64,000 bases of DNA from a bacterium (GCA_963681965.1 OY820579.1:3360001-3424000); one strand, 5' to 3'; shown: positions 48,063 to 59,090, counted from the first letter of the stretch. Notes: a model not told the origin generated them from the letters alone. A program made the numbers and translations.

Positions 48063-51000
48063 TTACGCTGATCCGATTGGTTTCTTAAACGTGTCTAGCG
48101 TATCTCGAACCTTTATTGCTAATGTTTGGATTGAAAAAGGCTTCTGGATAAAATTTACCCCTTTATCGAGAACTCCATGATAAGCTATCACATCTGCTGT
48201 GTATCCAGACATGAATAAATACTTCAGATTGTCGCGATGTGCGATTAATTTCTTTGCAAGATCTCTGCCATTTAAATTCGGCATGACTACATCGGTAATA
48301 AGCAAATGGATATCTTCTTCGAATTCCTCGGAAAGTTGAATCGCATCAAGCGGTTTCGATGCAATTAACACCCGATAGCCAAGTTGCTCAAGCATTAGCT
48401 TTGTCAGGTTCAAGATCGTTGGCTCATCTTCCACGAGCAGGATCGTTTCGTTACCGTTAGGCGGAGGAACAAGTGAATCGTTTTCTATCTTCGACGATTT
48501 GCTTACATATCTCGGTAAATAAATTTTAAAAGTTGTTCCCAATCCTGGTTCACTATATACATTGATAAATCCATTGTTCTGCTTGACAATACCATACACT
48601 GTTGCTAGACCAAGACCAGTACCTTTGCCAATATCTTTAGTTGTATAAAACGGTTCAAATAGTTTTTTTAATACTTCTTTGTTCATCCCACAGCCATTAT
48701 CGCTGACGGTCAGCAGGACAAATTCTCCACTGACTGCCTCCGGATGCTCGGAACAATAAAAATGATCGACGAGAATTGTATGTGTTTCGATCGATATTTT
48801 TCCGATATCATTGATTGCATCTCGAGCATTGACACAAAGATTCGCCAATATTTGATCGATCTGCGAAGGATCGATATTTACCTGCCATTCCGCTGCTCCC
48901 GGTAACCAAGTAAGATCGATATCTTCACCGATTAATCGTCGCAGCATCTTCAGCATCCCTTCCACAGTCTCATCCAAATTGAGAACTTTGGGATTGACCG
49001 TTTGCTTACGTGCGAACGCCAGCAGTTGATGCGTTAGATTTGCCGAACGTTCGGCTGCTTTCTGAATTTCATCTAAATTGGCAATAACACGATTAGGCTG
49101 ATCAATTTGGCTCAGAGCAATCTCCGAGTGTCCTAAAATTACCCCAAGCATATTATTAAAATCATGCGCAATTCCACCAGCCAATTGACCGATCGCTTCC
49201 ATCTTTTGTGCTTGTCGAAGCTGTTCTTCCAGACGTTTATGTTCAGTGATATCTTCTTTTACAGCAACAAAATGAGTGATCGTACCCGATCCGTCAAAAA
49301 TCGGTGATATCGAAGCAAACTCCCAATAGAGTTCGCCATTTTTTTTCTTGTTATGGAATTCTCCGCGCCACTCCATTCCAGAAGTAATCGTATCCCACAA
49401 CCGTTTGTAGGTTTCCGGCGATTGTTCACCCGATTTTAACAGTCGAACGTTTTTTCCGATGACTTCCGACTGTAAATATTCGGTTATCTCGGTAAATTTT
49501 GGATTGACATACTCGATATTTCCGATAGTATCCGTAATCACAATGGAAGCCGGACTTTGTTCGACTGCATGGGATAGTTTTCGCAGTGATTCCTCGGCAT
49601 GAATTCGCTCAGTAATGTTTTCGACGATTCCTTCCAGAAACGCCGGGTGCCCCACAGCATCGAATACCAGTTTTACATACAAATTGACAGTAAATTCAGT
49701 TCCATCATTTTTTCTGAATTGGGTTTGAAATTGGATATTATTCGTCGAATTCAGAAGCTGCGCGATTACTTGGCGACGATCTTCGGTATGGACATACACT
49801 TGCTTGCCGATATCCTGGATTTCGTGGATTACCGTGTCGGGCGAAACAAAACCTAACATCTGAGCCAACGACGTATTCACTTCGAGAAATCGACCTTCGA
49901 TTGTGGAGCGAAAAATCCCCAGTGGAGAGTTATTGAATATTGTTCGATACTTTTCTTCACTTTCGCGAAGTGCTTCTTCAGCGTGTTTTCGCTCAGTGAT
50001 ATCGCGACCGATCGCCATTGCACCGATTATTATATCATCGTTGTTGTACTCCGGAACGAATCGAATGTTAAATGTTTGGCTCTCACATGAAGAATTTCTA
50101 GTATTGAGTTCCAATTCGTCAGAAAGACCACTGTCAATCACTTTTTTGAGTTTTATAAAGTACTGATCAAGATCGTCGGACAAAGGATGTTGTTCCGAGA
50201 GATTTTCTGGTGGTAAAAACCCTTCAAATGATAGAATTGAACTCAAGTTACGATTGTTATAAACCTCTTGACACAGCGTATTGTACCGGACTATGATATC
50301 AGGCGAACTTTCCGCAAGCGATCGATACTTATGTTCACTTTCAATTAGTTTTTGTTCGGCTTGTTTGCGTCTAGTGATATCACGGGTTATTGTAATTATT
50401 CCTGACGGATGGAGTTGACTATCCCGCACGAACGATGCCGCGAGTTCAACCCATTTCGTCGATCCATCCTTACAATACTCCTCAAGTTCAAGTAATACTG
50501 TTCTCGATGGATCGACATTTCCGGATTGTTCCAATACCATTTGATCGGAATAGACTGATTGCACCTTTTGTAGCGAAGCAGGAGTCAAAATCCGATCCAA
50601 CGATTCCGATAATGCTTCTTGAACAGTAATACCACGTAATTTCTGAATCGACGGACTGACAAAAACCGGCTTCAGATTCATGTCAAATACCGATATCGTA
50701 TCGGCAGTGTTATCAGCAATCAGTCGGTAACGGTCTTCACTTTCGCGGATTGCTTGTTCCGCAAGATCTTTCTTCGCCCTTACTCGCAATGCAGTTATTC
50801 CAAAAGTCAAATCACCGGCTAGCTCTTTCAAAGTGTTTACTTCTTTTAAATTGAATGCATTGGGTACTGATGAATAAACGCTCAGAGTACCAATCGTCTC
50901 ATTTTCACCAATCAGTGGCATTACTACCATCGATTTACAACCTTGTTTACTCAATGTCTTTTGCCACGGCTCGGTAAACAATTGCGATTCGAAATTATGC

Positions 51001-52070
51001 TCGACAAATGGGTTTCCCGACGCAATGGAAATTTGCACTGGACCCTGATTGGGATCGAGATCGGCAAAATTCACTCGATTAGAAATCGAATTTTCATTAT
51101 TGAATTCGCTCTGCGCGACTATATGCATCGTATCGATGTCATCGTGCTCAATGTAATCGACTCGCGCATATAGGTAATCCCCGACTTCAACAACAATCCG
51201 GCATACTTCCGTCAATAGCGATTGTTCATCGCTAAAGTGAATTAAAGCTTGATTGGAGGCACTTAGCATATGTAGCGTACGATTTACTCTGAGTAATTCA
51301 TCTTCAATCAATTTCTGGTCTTCCAAAAGAGACAGTAACGCCCGTCTGGATTGCTCGGATTTGTCCAATAGCGATTGAATTTGTTCCTCGTTTCTTCGCA
51401 ACTCTGCGTTGGCGAGTTTTAGATGTTCAGTTCGATCAGCAACTGTTTTTTCCAGTGCGGTATTGGACAATTTTAATTTTTCATCTAGCGCCTTCCGGAT
51501 TTCCATTTCCTTTTCGAGATCGTCATACGCTTTTTTCAACTGGGTATGCCCATGGATCTCATGTTTCAAGACAAGTGCGACATAGTTGAAAAATGTCGGT
51601 AATTGTTGAGCTAACTCTTGCATCGATAAGTGCAGACTCTCGATTTTGAGCACACCGATTAAATCGGTTCCGACTATCAGCGGTACTATCCAGGTATATG
51701 CTTTGGAAAATTCTGGTGTGAGCATACGGGTATCACTGAAAGTATGTTCAAACTCAAGCGGTTCGTGAGTATCGAATACTTGTTTAACACGATCATCATC
51801 CAGAGTCTCGATTTGTTTTTTGATCCCTGCGATGTCGACATAATTTAAAATCTGATCGATGTGGTAGATGAGTACTAGATTTACTCCACCGATCACATCG
51901 CCGATCGCATGCAAGATGTTCTCAACGGTATTCTCTAATCCCGGTACGGAGCTGATCCGATTCATCAGTTGAATGATCAACTGAAGATTCGATTTTTCTG
52001 CAGCAAGCTTGTTGAGCCGATCTTCTAGATTTACAAGCTTTGACTGTGAATTATACTTATCGTTGATCAT
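48063..52070 (-). CDS. Cytoplasmic hybrid sensor histidine kinase (GAF-like, GAF, 4 PAS, HisKA, HATPase, REC)
   Basis: AGGIAHDFNN, NLCVNARDA, DNGCGM, FEPFYTTK..GTGLGL, LLVEDE..TDVVMP..IQKPF. Confidence 0.93.
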   Translation of the reverse strand: MINDKYNSQSKLVNLEDRLNKLAAEKSNLQLIIQLMNRISSVPGLENTVENILHAIGDVIGGVNLVLIYHIDQILNYVDIAGIKKQIETLDDDRVKQVFDTHEPLEFEHTFSDTRMLTPEFSKAYTWIVPLIVGTDLIGVLKIESLHLSMQELAQQLPTFFNYVALVLKHEIHGHTQLKKAYDDLEKEMEIRKALDEKLKLSNTALEKTVADRTEHLKLANAELRRNEEQIQSLLDKSEQSRRALLSLLEDQKLIEDELLRVNRTLHMLSASNQALIHFSDEQSLLTEVCRIVVEVGDYLYARVDYIEHDDIDTMHIVAQSEFNNENSISNRVNFADLDPNQGPVQISIASGNPFVEHNFESQLFTEPWQKTLSKQGCKSMVVMPLIGENETIGTLSVYSSVPNAFNLKEVNTLKELAGDLTFGITALRVRAKKDLAEQAIRESEDRYRLIADNTADTISVFDMNLKPVFVSPSIQKLRGITVQEALSESLDRILTPASLQKVQSVYSDQMVLEQSGNVDPSRTVLLELEEYCKDGSTKWVELAASFVRDSQLHPSGIITITRDITRRKQAEQKLIESEHKYRSLAESSPDIIVRYNTLCQEVYNNRNLSSILSFEGFLPPENLSEQHPLSDDLDQYFIKLKKVIDSGLSDELELNTRNSSCESQTFNIRFVPEYNNDDIIIGAMAIGRDITERKHAEEALRESEEKYRTIFNNSPLGIFRSTIEGRFLEVNTSLAQMLGFVSPDTVIHEIQDIGKQVYVHTEDRRQVIAQLLNSTNNIQFQTQFRKNDGTEFTVNLYVKLVFDAVGHPAFLEGIVENITERIHAEESLRKLSHAVEQSPASIVITDTIGNIEYVNPKFTEITEYLQSEVIGKNVRLLKSGEQSPETYKRLWDTITSGMEWRGEFHNKKKNGELYWEFASISPIFDGSGTITHFVAVKEDITEHKRLEEQLRQAQKMEAIGQLAGGIAHDFNNMLGVILGHSEIALSQIDQPNRVIANLDEIQKAAERSANLTHQLLAFARKQTVNPKVLNLDETVEGMLKMLRRLIGEDIDLTWLPGAAEWQVNIDPSQIDQILANLCVNARDAINDIGKISIETHTILVDHFYCSEHPEAVSGEFVLLTVSDNGCGMNKEVLKKLFEPFYTTKDIGKGTGLGLATVYGIVKQNNGFINVYSEPGLGTTFKIYLPRYVSKSSKIENDSLVPPPNGNETILLVEDEPTILNLTKLMLEQLGYRVLIASKPLDAIQLSEEFEEDIHLLITDVVMPNLNGRDLAKKLIAHRDNLKYLFMSGYTADVIAYHGVLDKGVNFIQKPFSIQTLAIKVRDTLDTFKKPIGSA

Positions 52071-53113
52071 TTCTTCACAACTTTCTCGACACTACCAAAT
52101 TCGAACGCAGCTTCAAGCATTGTTCGAATATTCTTCTCGGGAATACAGTATGGCATGACTCCCGTTCCGAAGAGAAATTTGCCTCCGGGCAAACCAGCCT
52201 CAATGATCCTTTTTACTTCGCTTCGGATAATTTCCCGAGACCAGTCAATGAGTCGGATGTCATTGATGATACCACAAGTAAGCGCTCGCCCTGCAAGGAT
52301 CGTCTTACTTTCAATAATATCGTCGAAAGGTCCTAAATAATATGCTTTGATGCCCGTTCGATCGATGACCTGAGCAATTATCGGGTTGAGTTGTGATGTT
52401 CCGGCATAATACACTAATCCCGGTACGCCAGCACCTTGAACATCTTTCTCAATCCATGGCAGCGAAACCTCCTGGAAAAACCGAAATGGAACGGTATCAG
52501 TCGAACCGAACGGGTTGGAATAAACCAGTACATCGGCTCCAGCGTTGCGATAGGCAACAATCTCTTTCACAAAAAAATCATGACACTTGTTTAACAGCTC
52601 ATCACGTACGGTTACCGGTCCCCAAAAGAGCAATTCCATCCATTTGTCCATGCCCATTAATATTGCCGGTAACGACATCGAGGAAGTGATGTAGGCACAG
52701 ATCGGATACTTGCCGCCGACCTCTTTTTTAAGAATATGGAGGCATTTCAGACCTTCCGCGAATGCGGGATGAGATGTTAAATCGTCCGGTATCTGAAGAT
52801 GAAGGATATCGTCATATGAGTTGATTACCCATTCTTCGACATTCGGTGGTCCATCGTTAGAAAAAAGTATTTTTCGGCAGCCCAGCAATTCCGCTTCTTT
52901 ACCAACGTAAAAAAGACTCCAGACATTGTCGTAACCATATTTCTCGCGCATTGCAAGTTGAGCCGTAGCAACTAATTCGCCATCATTGTAATATTCCTTC
53001 AGCGCTATTCCCAACTCTTTCGCACCTTGATCCAGCAAATTGCAGAATACTGGAATTCGATCGATAATTGAACCATCGATTGCGGCTGTGAGACGTTCCA
53101 TTCCGGTTGTCAT
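52067..53113 (-). CDS. UroD/MtaA(MtbA)-fold protein (methylcobamide:CoM methyltransferase-like, degenerate)
   Basis: ERLTAAIDG..DRIPV, KYGYDNV, EAELLGC, AGADVL, IPEKNIRTM typical of the UroD/MtaA fold. Confidence 0.8.
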   Translation of the reverse strand: MTTGMERLTAAIDGSIIDRIPVFCNLLDQGAKELGIALKEYYNDGELVATAQLAMREKYGYDNVWSLFYVGKEAELLGCRKILFSNDGPPNVEEWVINSYDDILHLQIPDDLTSHPAFAEGLKCLHILKKEVGGKYPICAYITSSMSLPAILMGMDKWMELLFWGPVTVRDELLNKCHDFFVKEIVAYRNAGADVLVYSNPFGSTDTVPFRFFQEVSLPWIEKDVQGAGVPGLVYYAGTSQLNPIIAQVIDRTGIKAYYLGPFDDIIESKTILAGRALTCGIINDIRLIDWSREIIRSEVKRIIEAGLPGGKFLFGTGVMPYCIPEKNIRTMLEAAFEFGSVEKVVKK

Positions 53114-53781
53114 GACTGCACCTCATGAATGAGTTTGGTGATTACCTTTCCGGCACTTATTCCGTCCGCAGCCCACGCATCGGCTTTTACCTGTAGAAAG
53201 AGATTTGGATCGAAGCGGAAAGCCGCTCCTCCCACGATAATTTTTATTCGATGTTCGAGATCCATTTCTTTGAGAATTTGTCGAACCTTCAAACAACCAT
53301 TTTCACCGCGAGCAGTGTGTACCATCATTGCCGAAATACCGATAACTTGAGCATCGTGAGTTAACGCTTCTGAAACGAAACGCTCAGCCGGCACGTTGAC
53401 ACCCAAATCGAAGCACTCGATCATTTGTGCCCGAAGGCAACCCATTACAATTTTCTTACCAAGTGTATGAAGGTCGCCTTGCGCATTACCGATTACAATT
53501 CGACCTATGGTTTCAAACGGTTTTTGAAATAATGGTATCAATTCATTCGAAATTTCAGATACGATTTGTGAAATCATGAAGTACTGTGCAAGGCTCATAT
53601 CGATAGTCTTATTAGCAATTGTTACTTTTAACTCTAATGCGGGTATGATTGCTTCGAAAACGATCACCTCAGGCAAGATTCCTTCTTCCAAAGCTTCACG
53701 AACGACCCGGATAGCTTGGTTTCGATTCGTGTCGATTAAAGCTTCGTTGAATGAATCAATGAGTTTCTGTAGCCGATTCAT
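53110..53781 (-). CDS. Corrinoid (B12-binding) protein, MtaC/MttC-like
   Basis: Cap domain plus GDLHTLGK (DxHxxG), DLGVNVP, GISAMM, IVGGA. Confidence 0.9.
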   Translation of the reverse strand: MNRLQKLIDSFNEALIDTNRNQAIRVVREALEEGILPEVIVFEAIIPALELKVTIANKTIDMSLAQYFMISQIVSEISNELIPLFQKPFETIGRIVIGNAQGDLHTLGKKIVMGCLRAQMIECFDLGVNVPAERFVSEALTHDAQVIGISAMMVHTARGENGCLKVRQILKEMDLEHRIKIIVGGAAFRFDPNLFLQVKADAWAADGISAGKVITKLIHEVQS

Positions 53782-54830
53782 TATTGACTCTGATATTTAG
53801 GGGGTTCTTTTATTCGAAGTAACAATTCATTTACTTCCTGTTTTAAATCTAGAATACGCTCTTCTCGATTCAGCGTAACATCGGACCACCGTTGCAATTC
53901 ATCGAAGCGTTTCTGGAGTTCGATCTCGGAACGTCTGCGATCGGTGATGTCTCGAACTACCGCCAGCACTTCCTCGGTCGACAATGCGATGATGCGTGCC
54001 TCGTAATAACATCGTTGACCTTTCATAATCAGATCGTACTCAAAAGTCACGACTTCGTTTACATTATGCGCTCTATCGATAGCTTCCGACGCTAATCTTG
54101 ATACTTCCGGTGGCAATATGTCGTAGTAGGTTTTATATAAAAATTTGTTTGGAGGAACATATAGTTCCATATTTTCAGGTTTTCGGTAATCGGTGATAAC
54201 GCCGTCTTTCGCGATGCGAAACAAAAGATCCGGAACAGCATTAATGATCGCGCGGTTTTCAACTTCGCTTTTACATAGATTCTGGAATATCAGCAAACTG
54301 GTTAACGAATCGCATAGACGATGACCAATCTCATCGAATAATCTTTCTTCCTCCGGTGACCAAATCCGCGCGTAAGCGCACTGATGAATTCCAAAAACCC
54401 ATGGTTTTCCAACCTTTGGATAAAGCGTCGAAGCTATTTGCGATTGAACTGCAAATCCATCGGCGATCGAAGCAGGAATTTGACTCTCTAACTTCTGACT
54501 GAATTTCACCGGTGTACTTGAAGACAGCAGCGATCGGAATACTTGTACCGTTTCCAGATCGGTCGGAATCTCGATACCGATTGCAAATGCCCCAGGATAT
54601 TCCGGACGGGTGCGTTCCATCGGTACACTCCAAGTCACGGTATCAGGGTCACACGGATAAACCAGCCAGGCGCGGTCGCAGCTGAAAATCGACAATACTT
54701 CATCGAGCACATTGTGCATCATCTGTTCAAGATCGTTCACACCCTGTATCGCTCGATTGATTCGATCCATGCTCTCGTAGAAACACAATTCACTGATCTG
54801 TACATCCTGGGATAGCATTTTTTCCCCCAT
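53781..54830 (-). CDS. GAF-PAS sensor protein with C-terminal coiled coil and no catalytic output domain
   Basis: CDRAWLVYPCDP..FGIHQCAYARIW (GAF); AIINAVPDLLF..VRDITDRR (PAS); ends REERILDLKQEVNELL. Confidence 0.8.
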   Translation of the reverse strand: MGEKMLSQDVQISELCFYESMDRINRAIQGVNDLEQMMHNVLDEVLSIFSCDRAWLVYPCDPDTVTWSVPMERTRPEYPGAFAIGIEIPTDLETVQVFRSLLSSSTPVKFSQKLESQIPASIADGFAVQSQIASTLYPKVGKPWVFGIHQCAYARIWSPEEERLFDEIGHRLCDSLTSLLIFQNLCKSEVENRAIINAVPDLLFRIAKDGVITDYRKPENMELYVPPNKFLYKTYYDILPPEVSRLASEAIDRAHNVNEVVTFEYDLIMKGQRCYYEARIIALSTEEVLAVVRDITDRRRSEIELQKRFDELQRWSDVTLNREERILDLKQEVNELLLRIKEPPKYQSQ

Positions 54831-54989
54831 AACTCACTACATTCGACATAATACAGTTAAGATCAATAAGTGTCGTTGACTTCGAGATCGCACCTCTTAC
54901 TGGATATTCCATTTAATCGTTTGAACCGAATGGGGAGTGTCCCCCAAAAAACGATCTCCCCACCCGGTTCCTGTATTGCGACTGATTCA

Positions 54990-55469
54990 TCATACAGCAA
55001 TACTGCTGGTACTGGTAATGATGTCGATATCTTCCTTGTTTGATAAAACACGATCGATGTCCAGTAGGAGAATAACGTGCTCCTTCATTTTTCCGATTCC
55101 AGTAAGAAATGAACTGTCGAATCCATTTCCCCAATTGAGCGGCGGTTCGATATTGTTGGGATCGATATTCAATACTTCGGTAACGCTATCAACCATCATC
55201 CCAATTTGAATTTCCTTGAAATCGACAACTACGATACAGGTTTCTTCCGTTGCGTTTACAACCGGTAATCCAAATTTCGCTCGCAAATCCACAACAGGAA
55301 TCACTTTGCCGCGTAGATTCACAATACCCAATATGTACTGTGGTGTTTGAGGCACCTTAGTAATAGTCATTAGTTTGATTATTTCCCGCACTTTCAAGAT
55401 TTCAATGCCGAATAATTCAGCGGCAATTTGAAATGTGAGAAATTTGCCAATTGGCGGTGGATTGATCAT
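54990..55469 (-). CDS. cheW: Chemotaxis coupling protein CheW
   Basis: FLTFQI..FGIEILKVREI, ILGIVNLRGKVIPVVDLR, GMMVDSV. Confidence 0.93.
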   Translation of the reverse strand: MINPPPIGKFLTFQIAAELFGIEILKVREIIKLMTITKVPQTPQYILGIVNLRGKVIPVVDLRAKFGLPVVNATEETCIVVVDFKEIQIGMMVDSVTEVLNIDPNNIEPPLNWGNGFDSSFLTGIGKMKEHVILLLDIDRVLSNKEDIDIITSTSSIAV

Positions 55470-55521
55470 GACATACTCCTCGATATTACAAACAAGCTTC
55501 TACTTGTTGTATTGGTATTTA

Positions 55522-58518
55522 TTAAAAATCTCGTAAATCGGCTTCTTCGAGTTGAACGATCTCATTTGGACGAACCAGACGCGAAGTATTTCGATTTGGA
55601 GTTTGCCCTAATAAATTGCGACGATCTCGCGACGATGGTTGAACCGACAGCGATTGTTTCCGTGCCATATTGATCGTTCCATTGTGTCCGTTGTGTCCAT
55701 TGTGATCAAATCGACCTTGTCTGGAAAGATGAAAGGATTCAATAAGACTTCTTTCTTCGTCGGCTTGACTTGACATCGTTTCGGCAGCACTAGCCGATTC
55801 TTCGCTATTCGCGGCATTTTCCTGTGTCACGGCATTCAACTGTGAAACAGCCGTTGCGACTTGATTAATCCCTTGCGATTGCTCCTTCGAAGCCACAGCA
55901 ATACTTTCGGCGATTCCGTTTACATGGGTGATATCTTTCAGAATTTCGACAAAATGCTTTGCAACAGTGCTGGTAATCTGCACTCCTCCTTCGGCATTCT
56001 TGCGGGATTCTTCGATTAACTCCGAAGTATTCTTTGCTGCAGCAGCACTTCGTTGAGCAAGATTGCGAACTTCTTCCGCAACAACTGCAAATCCCTTCCC
56101 GGCTTCTCCGGCACGTGCAGCTTCCACTGCGGCATTGAGAGCCAGCAGATTTGTTTGGAACGCGATTTCGTCGATGGTTTTAATAATCTTGGCTGTTTGA
56201 TCGGCTGACTGTTTGATCTTTCCGATTTCCTTCGTCATCTGGTCGACTGCTTGATTGCCTACTTGCGCATTGTGAAGAGTGTTATCCAATAACGACTTGG
56301 CATCTTGCGAGCTGCTGGCATTTTGCTTGGTCATTGCCGACATTTCCTCAAGCGTTGCCGAGATTTCTTCCAACGACGATGCCTGTTCCGATGCACCTTG
56401 TGCCATCATTTGACTACCCCTGCTAACTTGCTCGGCACCGGTCATTACCTGTTCCACTGCTACTTGAACCTGTTGTAATCCATCATCAAGATTTCCAACT
56501 GCGGTGTTAAGGGCTTCCTTGATACGCGCGTAGTCACCCCGGTATTCACCATTCATACGAGCTGCCAGATCCTTTTCGGCGATTCGTTCCAATACTCTCG
56601 TGGCTTCATTGATCGGGTTGGTGATTGCATCCAAGACCGCATTGATGCCCTGCACCATATCCTTGAAGCTGTAAGAGAATTTCATTGCATCGCCACGAGC
56701 TGCCAACTCTCCAGCTTGTGCTTTCGCGACCAAAGTGATGATTTCATCGTTTAGCGAAAGCATATTGGCTTTTACGTGATCGATAGCTTCGGTAATTCTT
56801 GCTTTTTGTCCCGGTAACCGATCCATATCGATCGAAAAATCACCTTGCGCATATTTACCTACAACTTCCACAACACGCATCTTAACAGAAATATGGGATT
56901 GAACAAGTTTATTGATGCGCAATGCCATTTCGGCATAGGAGCCTTCGAATTTCGATACCGGCATTTCGAAATCGAGTGCTCCCTTATCGTGTTGTTGTGA
57001 CATTTCAGCCTGCGCCAGCAATAAATTGTTCAAGGTGTCGATGCATTGATTCAGATTGTTCTTAATTGTATTGAAATCACCATAGTAAGTATCGGTGATC
57101 TTCGGTGGAATACTGCCGTGAGAAATCTTGTCGACGTAATCGGCTGCGACATTCAACGGATTGATCACAGCATCCAGTGTATCGTTCACGCCCTGAACGA
57201 TCTTGCGGAAGTCGCCTTGATGCTTCGAAGCGTCGGCACGCGTTGCCAATCGACCGGCTACGGCTGCTTGAGCCAACATATTGGCATCTTCAACCATCAG
57301 ATTTACCGCGATAATCGCTTGGTTCAGGTTATTCTTTATAACATTGAAGTCACCGTTGTAATTGTCACTGATTTTCATTGGAATATTGCCTTTCGAAATT
57401 CTGTCGACATAATCGGCGGCGATATTCAATGGACCGATTACGGCATCTAATGTATCGTTGACACCTTGAACGATTGCTTTGTAACCACCTTGGAATCGTT
57501 GCGTATCGCCACGTGTACTTAATCGACCTTCGACAGCAGCTAAGGTGAGTAACTCGGCTTCTGCTACCAATCCCTGTAAATTAATGACGGTTTCATTCAG
57601 AGCCGGAGCGATTTCATCTTGTTGATCGGCAGGTGGAATATTTACTTTCAAGTCACCATGACTGATTTTCTTCAATCCATCGACTAGATTGACGAGTCGA
57701 TCGGTAAACGAATCCATGGCTCGTGCTAAAATCCCGATCTCATCACCTTGTGTCATATTCAATCGTGCTTGAAGATGACCTTTCTCCATTTCTTGCATCA
57801 TTTCCAAACCCTTTTTGAGAGGTCGAGTGATGCTTATCGTTAGAATTGACCCTAAGACCAGCGCGAGAATGGCATCGAAAATAATCAACATCCACGTGTT
57901 TCGAGACCCACGCTCTGCAATAACATCGGCATTGGCACAGAATTCATCGATCTGTTTCTCGTTCAACGAACAAATTGCATCCAAATGCGCTGTTACACTG
58001 TTGCGCAGTGGTCGAATATCTTCGCCCATCTTCCAAATCTGTTTATCGACTTCTTCAATCCGAGACGCATTCTTTTTAGGATCGCTGTTGATTAACTCGT
58101 CGCGATTGTGATTAATCGCGATAAACTTGTCATCAAGTAATCGCCATACTTTCACTACCGGTAACATCTGTTCCCACTCCTGCTTCTCTTCGGGAGAATG
58201 TGAATATTTTTCGTAATTGGTTTTCGAATCTTCGAATTTCTTCCAGCAGGTTTCCATTTTACCATACTGCGAGAATCGCTCCTCGCCAACCATTCGCCTA
58301 AGCATCAACGCTCGTTCTTTTGTGTTCAGATCGTACAGTGCCGATTGCATTTTAAGCGCCGACATTGAACTTGGAGTTAGTTCGGATCCGACTTTATCAA
58401 GTGCCGACATCGTCGAATTTTGAACCGACCCTGCGTAAAAACCTACAACAATCGTAATGACAACGATGGCGACAAAACCGGCTATCAGTTTCGTTCCAAT
58501 TTTCACAATGCCTAGCAT
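55522..58518 (-). CDS. Membrane methyl-accepting chemotaxis protein (4HB sensor, poly-HAMP, MA domain)
   Basis: Two TM helices flanking a helical periplasmic domain; repeated HAMP units; [34 protein letters not shown]. Confidence 0.95.
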   Translation of the reverse strand: MLGIVKIGTKLIAGFVAIVVITIVVGFYAGSVQNSTMSALDKVGSELTPSSMSALKMQSALYDLNTKERALMLRRMVGEERFSQYGKMETCWKKFEDSKTNYEKYSHSPEEKQEWEQMLPVVKVWRLLDDKFIAINHNRDELINSDPKKNASRIEEVDKQIWKMGEDIRPLRNSVTAHLDAICSLNEKQIDEFCANADVIAERGSRNTWMLIIFDAILALVLGSILTISITRPLKKGLEMMQEMEKGHLQARLNMTQGDEIGILARAMDSFTDRLVNLVDGLKKISHGDLKVNIPPADQQDEIAPALNETVINLQGLVAEAELLTLAAVEGRLSTRGDTQRFQGGYKAIVQGVNDTLDAVIGPLNIAADYVDRISKGNIPMKISDNYNGDFNVIKNNLNQAIIAVNLMVEDANMLAQAAVAGRLATRADASKHQGDFRKIVQGVNDTLDAVINPLNVAADYVDKISHGSIPPKITDTYYGDFNTIKNNLNQCIDTLNNLLLAQAEMSQQHDKGALDFEMPVSKFEGSYAEMALRINKLVQSHISVKMRVVEVVGKYAQGDFSIDMDRLPGQKARITEAIDHVKANMLSLNDEIITLVAKAQAGELAARGDAMKFSYSFKDMVQGINAVLDAITNPINEATRVLERIAEKDLAARMNGEYRGDYARIKEALNTAVGNLDDGLQQVQVAVEQVMTGAEQVSRGSQMMAQGASEQASSLEEISATLEEMSAMTKQNASSSQDAKSLLDNTLHNAQVGNQAVDQMTKEIGKIKQSADQTAKIIKTIDEIAFQTNLLALNAAVEAARAGEAGKGFAVVAEEVRNLAQRSAAAAKNTSELIEESRKNAEGGVQITSTVAKHFVEILKDITHVNGIAESIAVASKEQSQGINQVATAVSQLNAVTQENAANSEESASAAETMSSQADEERSLIESFHLSRQGRFDHNGHNGHNGTINMARKQSLSVQPSSRDRRNLLGQTPNRNTSRLVRPNEIVQLEEADLRDF

Positions 58519-58588
58519 GACATCTCCTTACGAATTTAATTTTGACTGAATATTCTTCGACGATCTCTGCTGAAAAGCTATCTAATCA

Positions 58589-59017
58589 TTATTCCAAGGG
58601 TGGATCTTTTCTAGTTTCACGTTCTAATCGGATGTTTGTGACAATTTCTTTCAAACGAAAACAGTCGGTTTTCACCAACCAATGATTCACATTACCGATA
58701 AACGATGGCAATTGCGAAGCATCAAAATCAAAATCTGACAGTACGATCACGATCGGTGAATTTCGAACACTTTTGATCTGCAGCAACAGCGATGAAGCAT
58801 GCAATTCGATCAAGTCCAGATCGAGAATAACAACATCGGGATGCACTGTCTGAATTAAGTCCATCACTTTTGTCGCTTCCTGCACACAACCGAAAACACT
58901 CAATCCATCGATGTCCGACAGAAGTGCCGTGATGCTCTCATTTACTGCTACTCCGCCATCCGCAACCAGGACTCGAAGTAAAATAAACGGACGATGAACG
59001 TGCTCGTTGGGTACCAT
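58589..59017 (-). CDS. Stand-alone receiver (REC) domain protein, atypical acidic pocket
   Basis: RVLVADGG, PDVVILDL, VIVLS, WLVK; start uncertain. Confidence 0.7.
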   Translation of the reverse strand: MVPNEHVHRPFILLRVLVADGGVAVNESITALLSDIDGLSVFGCVQEATKVMDLIQTVHPDVVILDLDLIELHASSLLLQIKSVRNSPIVIVLSDFDFDASQLPSFIGNVNHWLVKTDCFRLKEIVTNIRLERETRKDPPLE

Positions 59018-59072
59018 GATAGAAGAAAACAATATTGAAAGGTTCTCGCAATTGGGTGATTGCTGAATATTT

Positions 59073-59090
59073 TGTAGGTGTAAGCCTACA
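59073..59090. promoter_or_regulatory. GacA/UvrY-box-like inverted repeat
   Basis: TGTAGG-N6-CCTACA between the response regulator and the REC-MCP-cheW operon. Confidence 0.6.

Noticed and set aside
54830-54990. Cobalamin riboswitch upstream of the corrinoid module
   Set aside because: No recognisable B12-box or core consensus; only a hairpin (reported separately).
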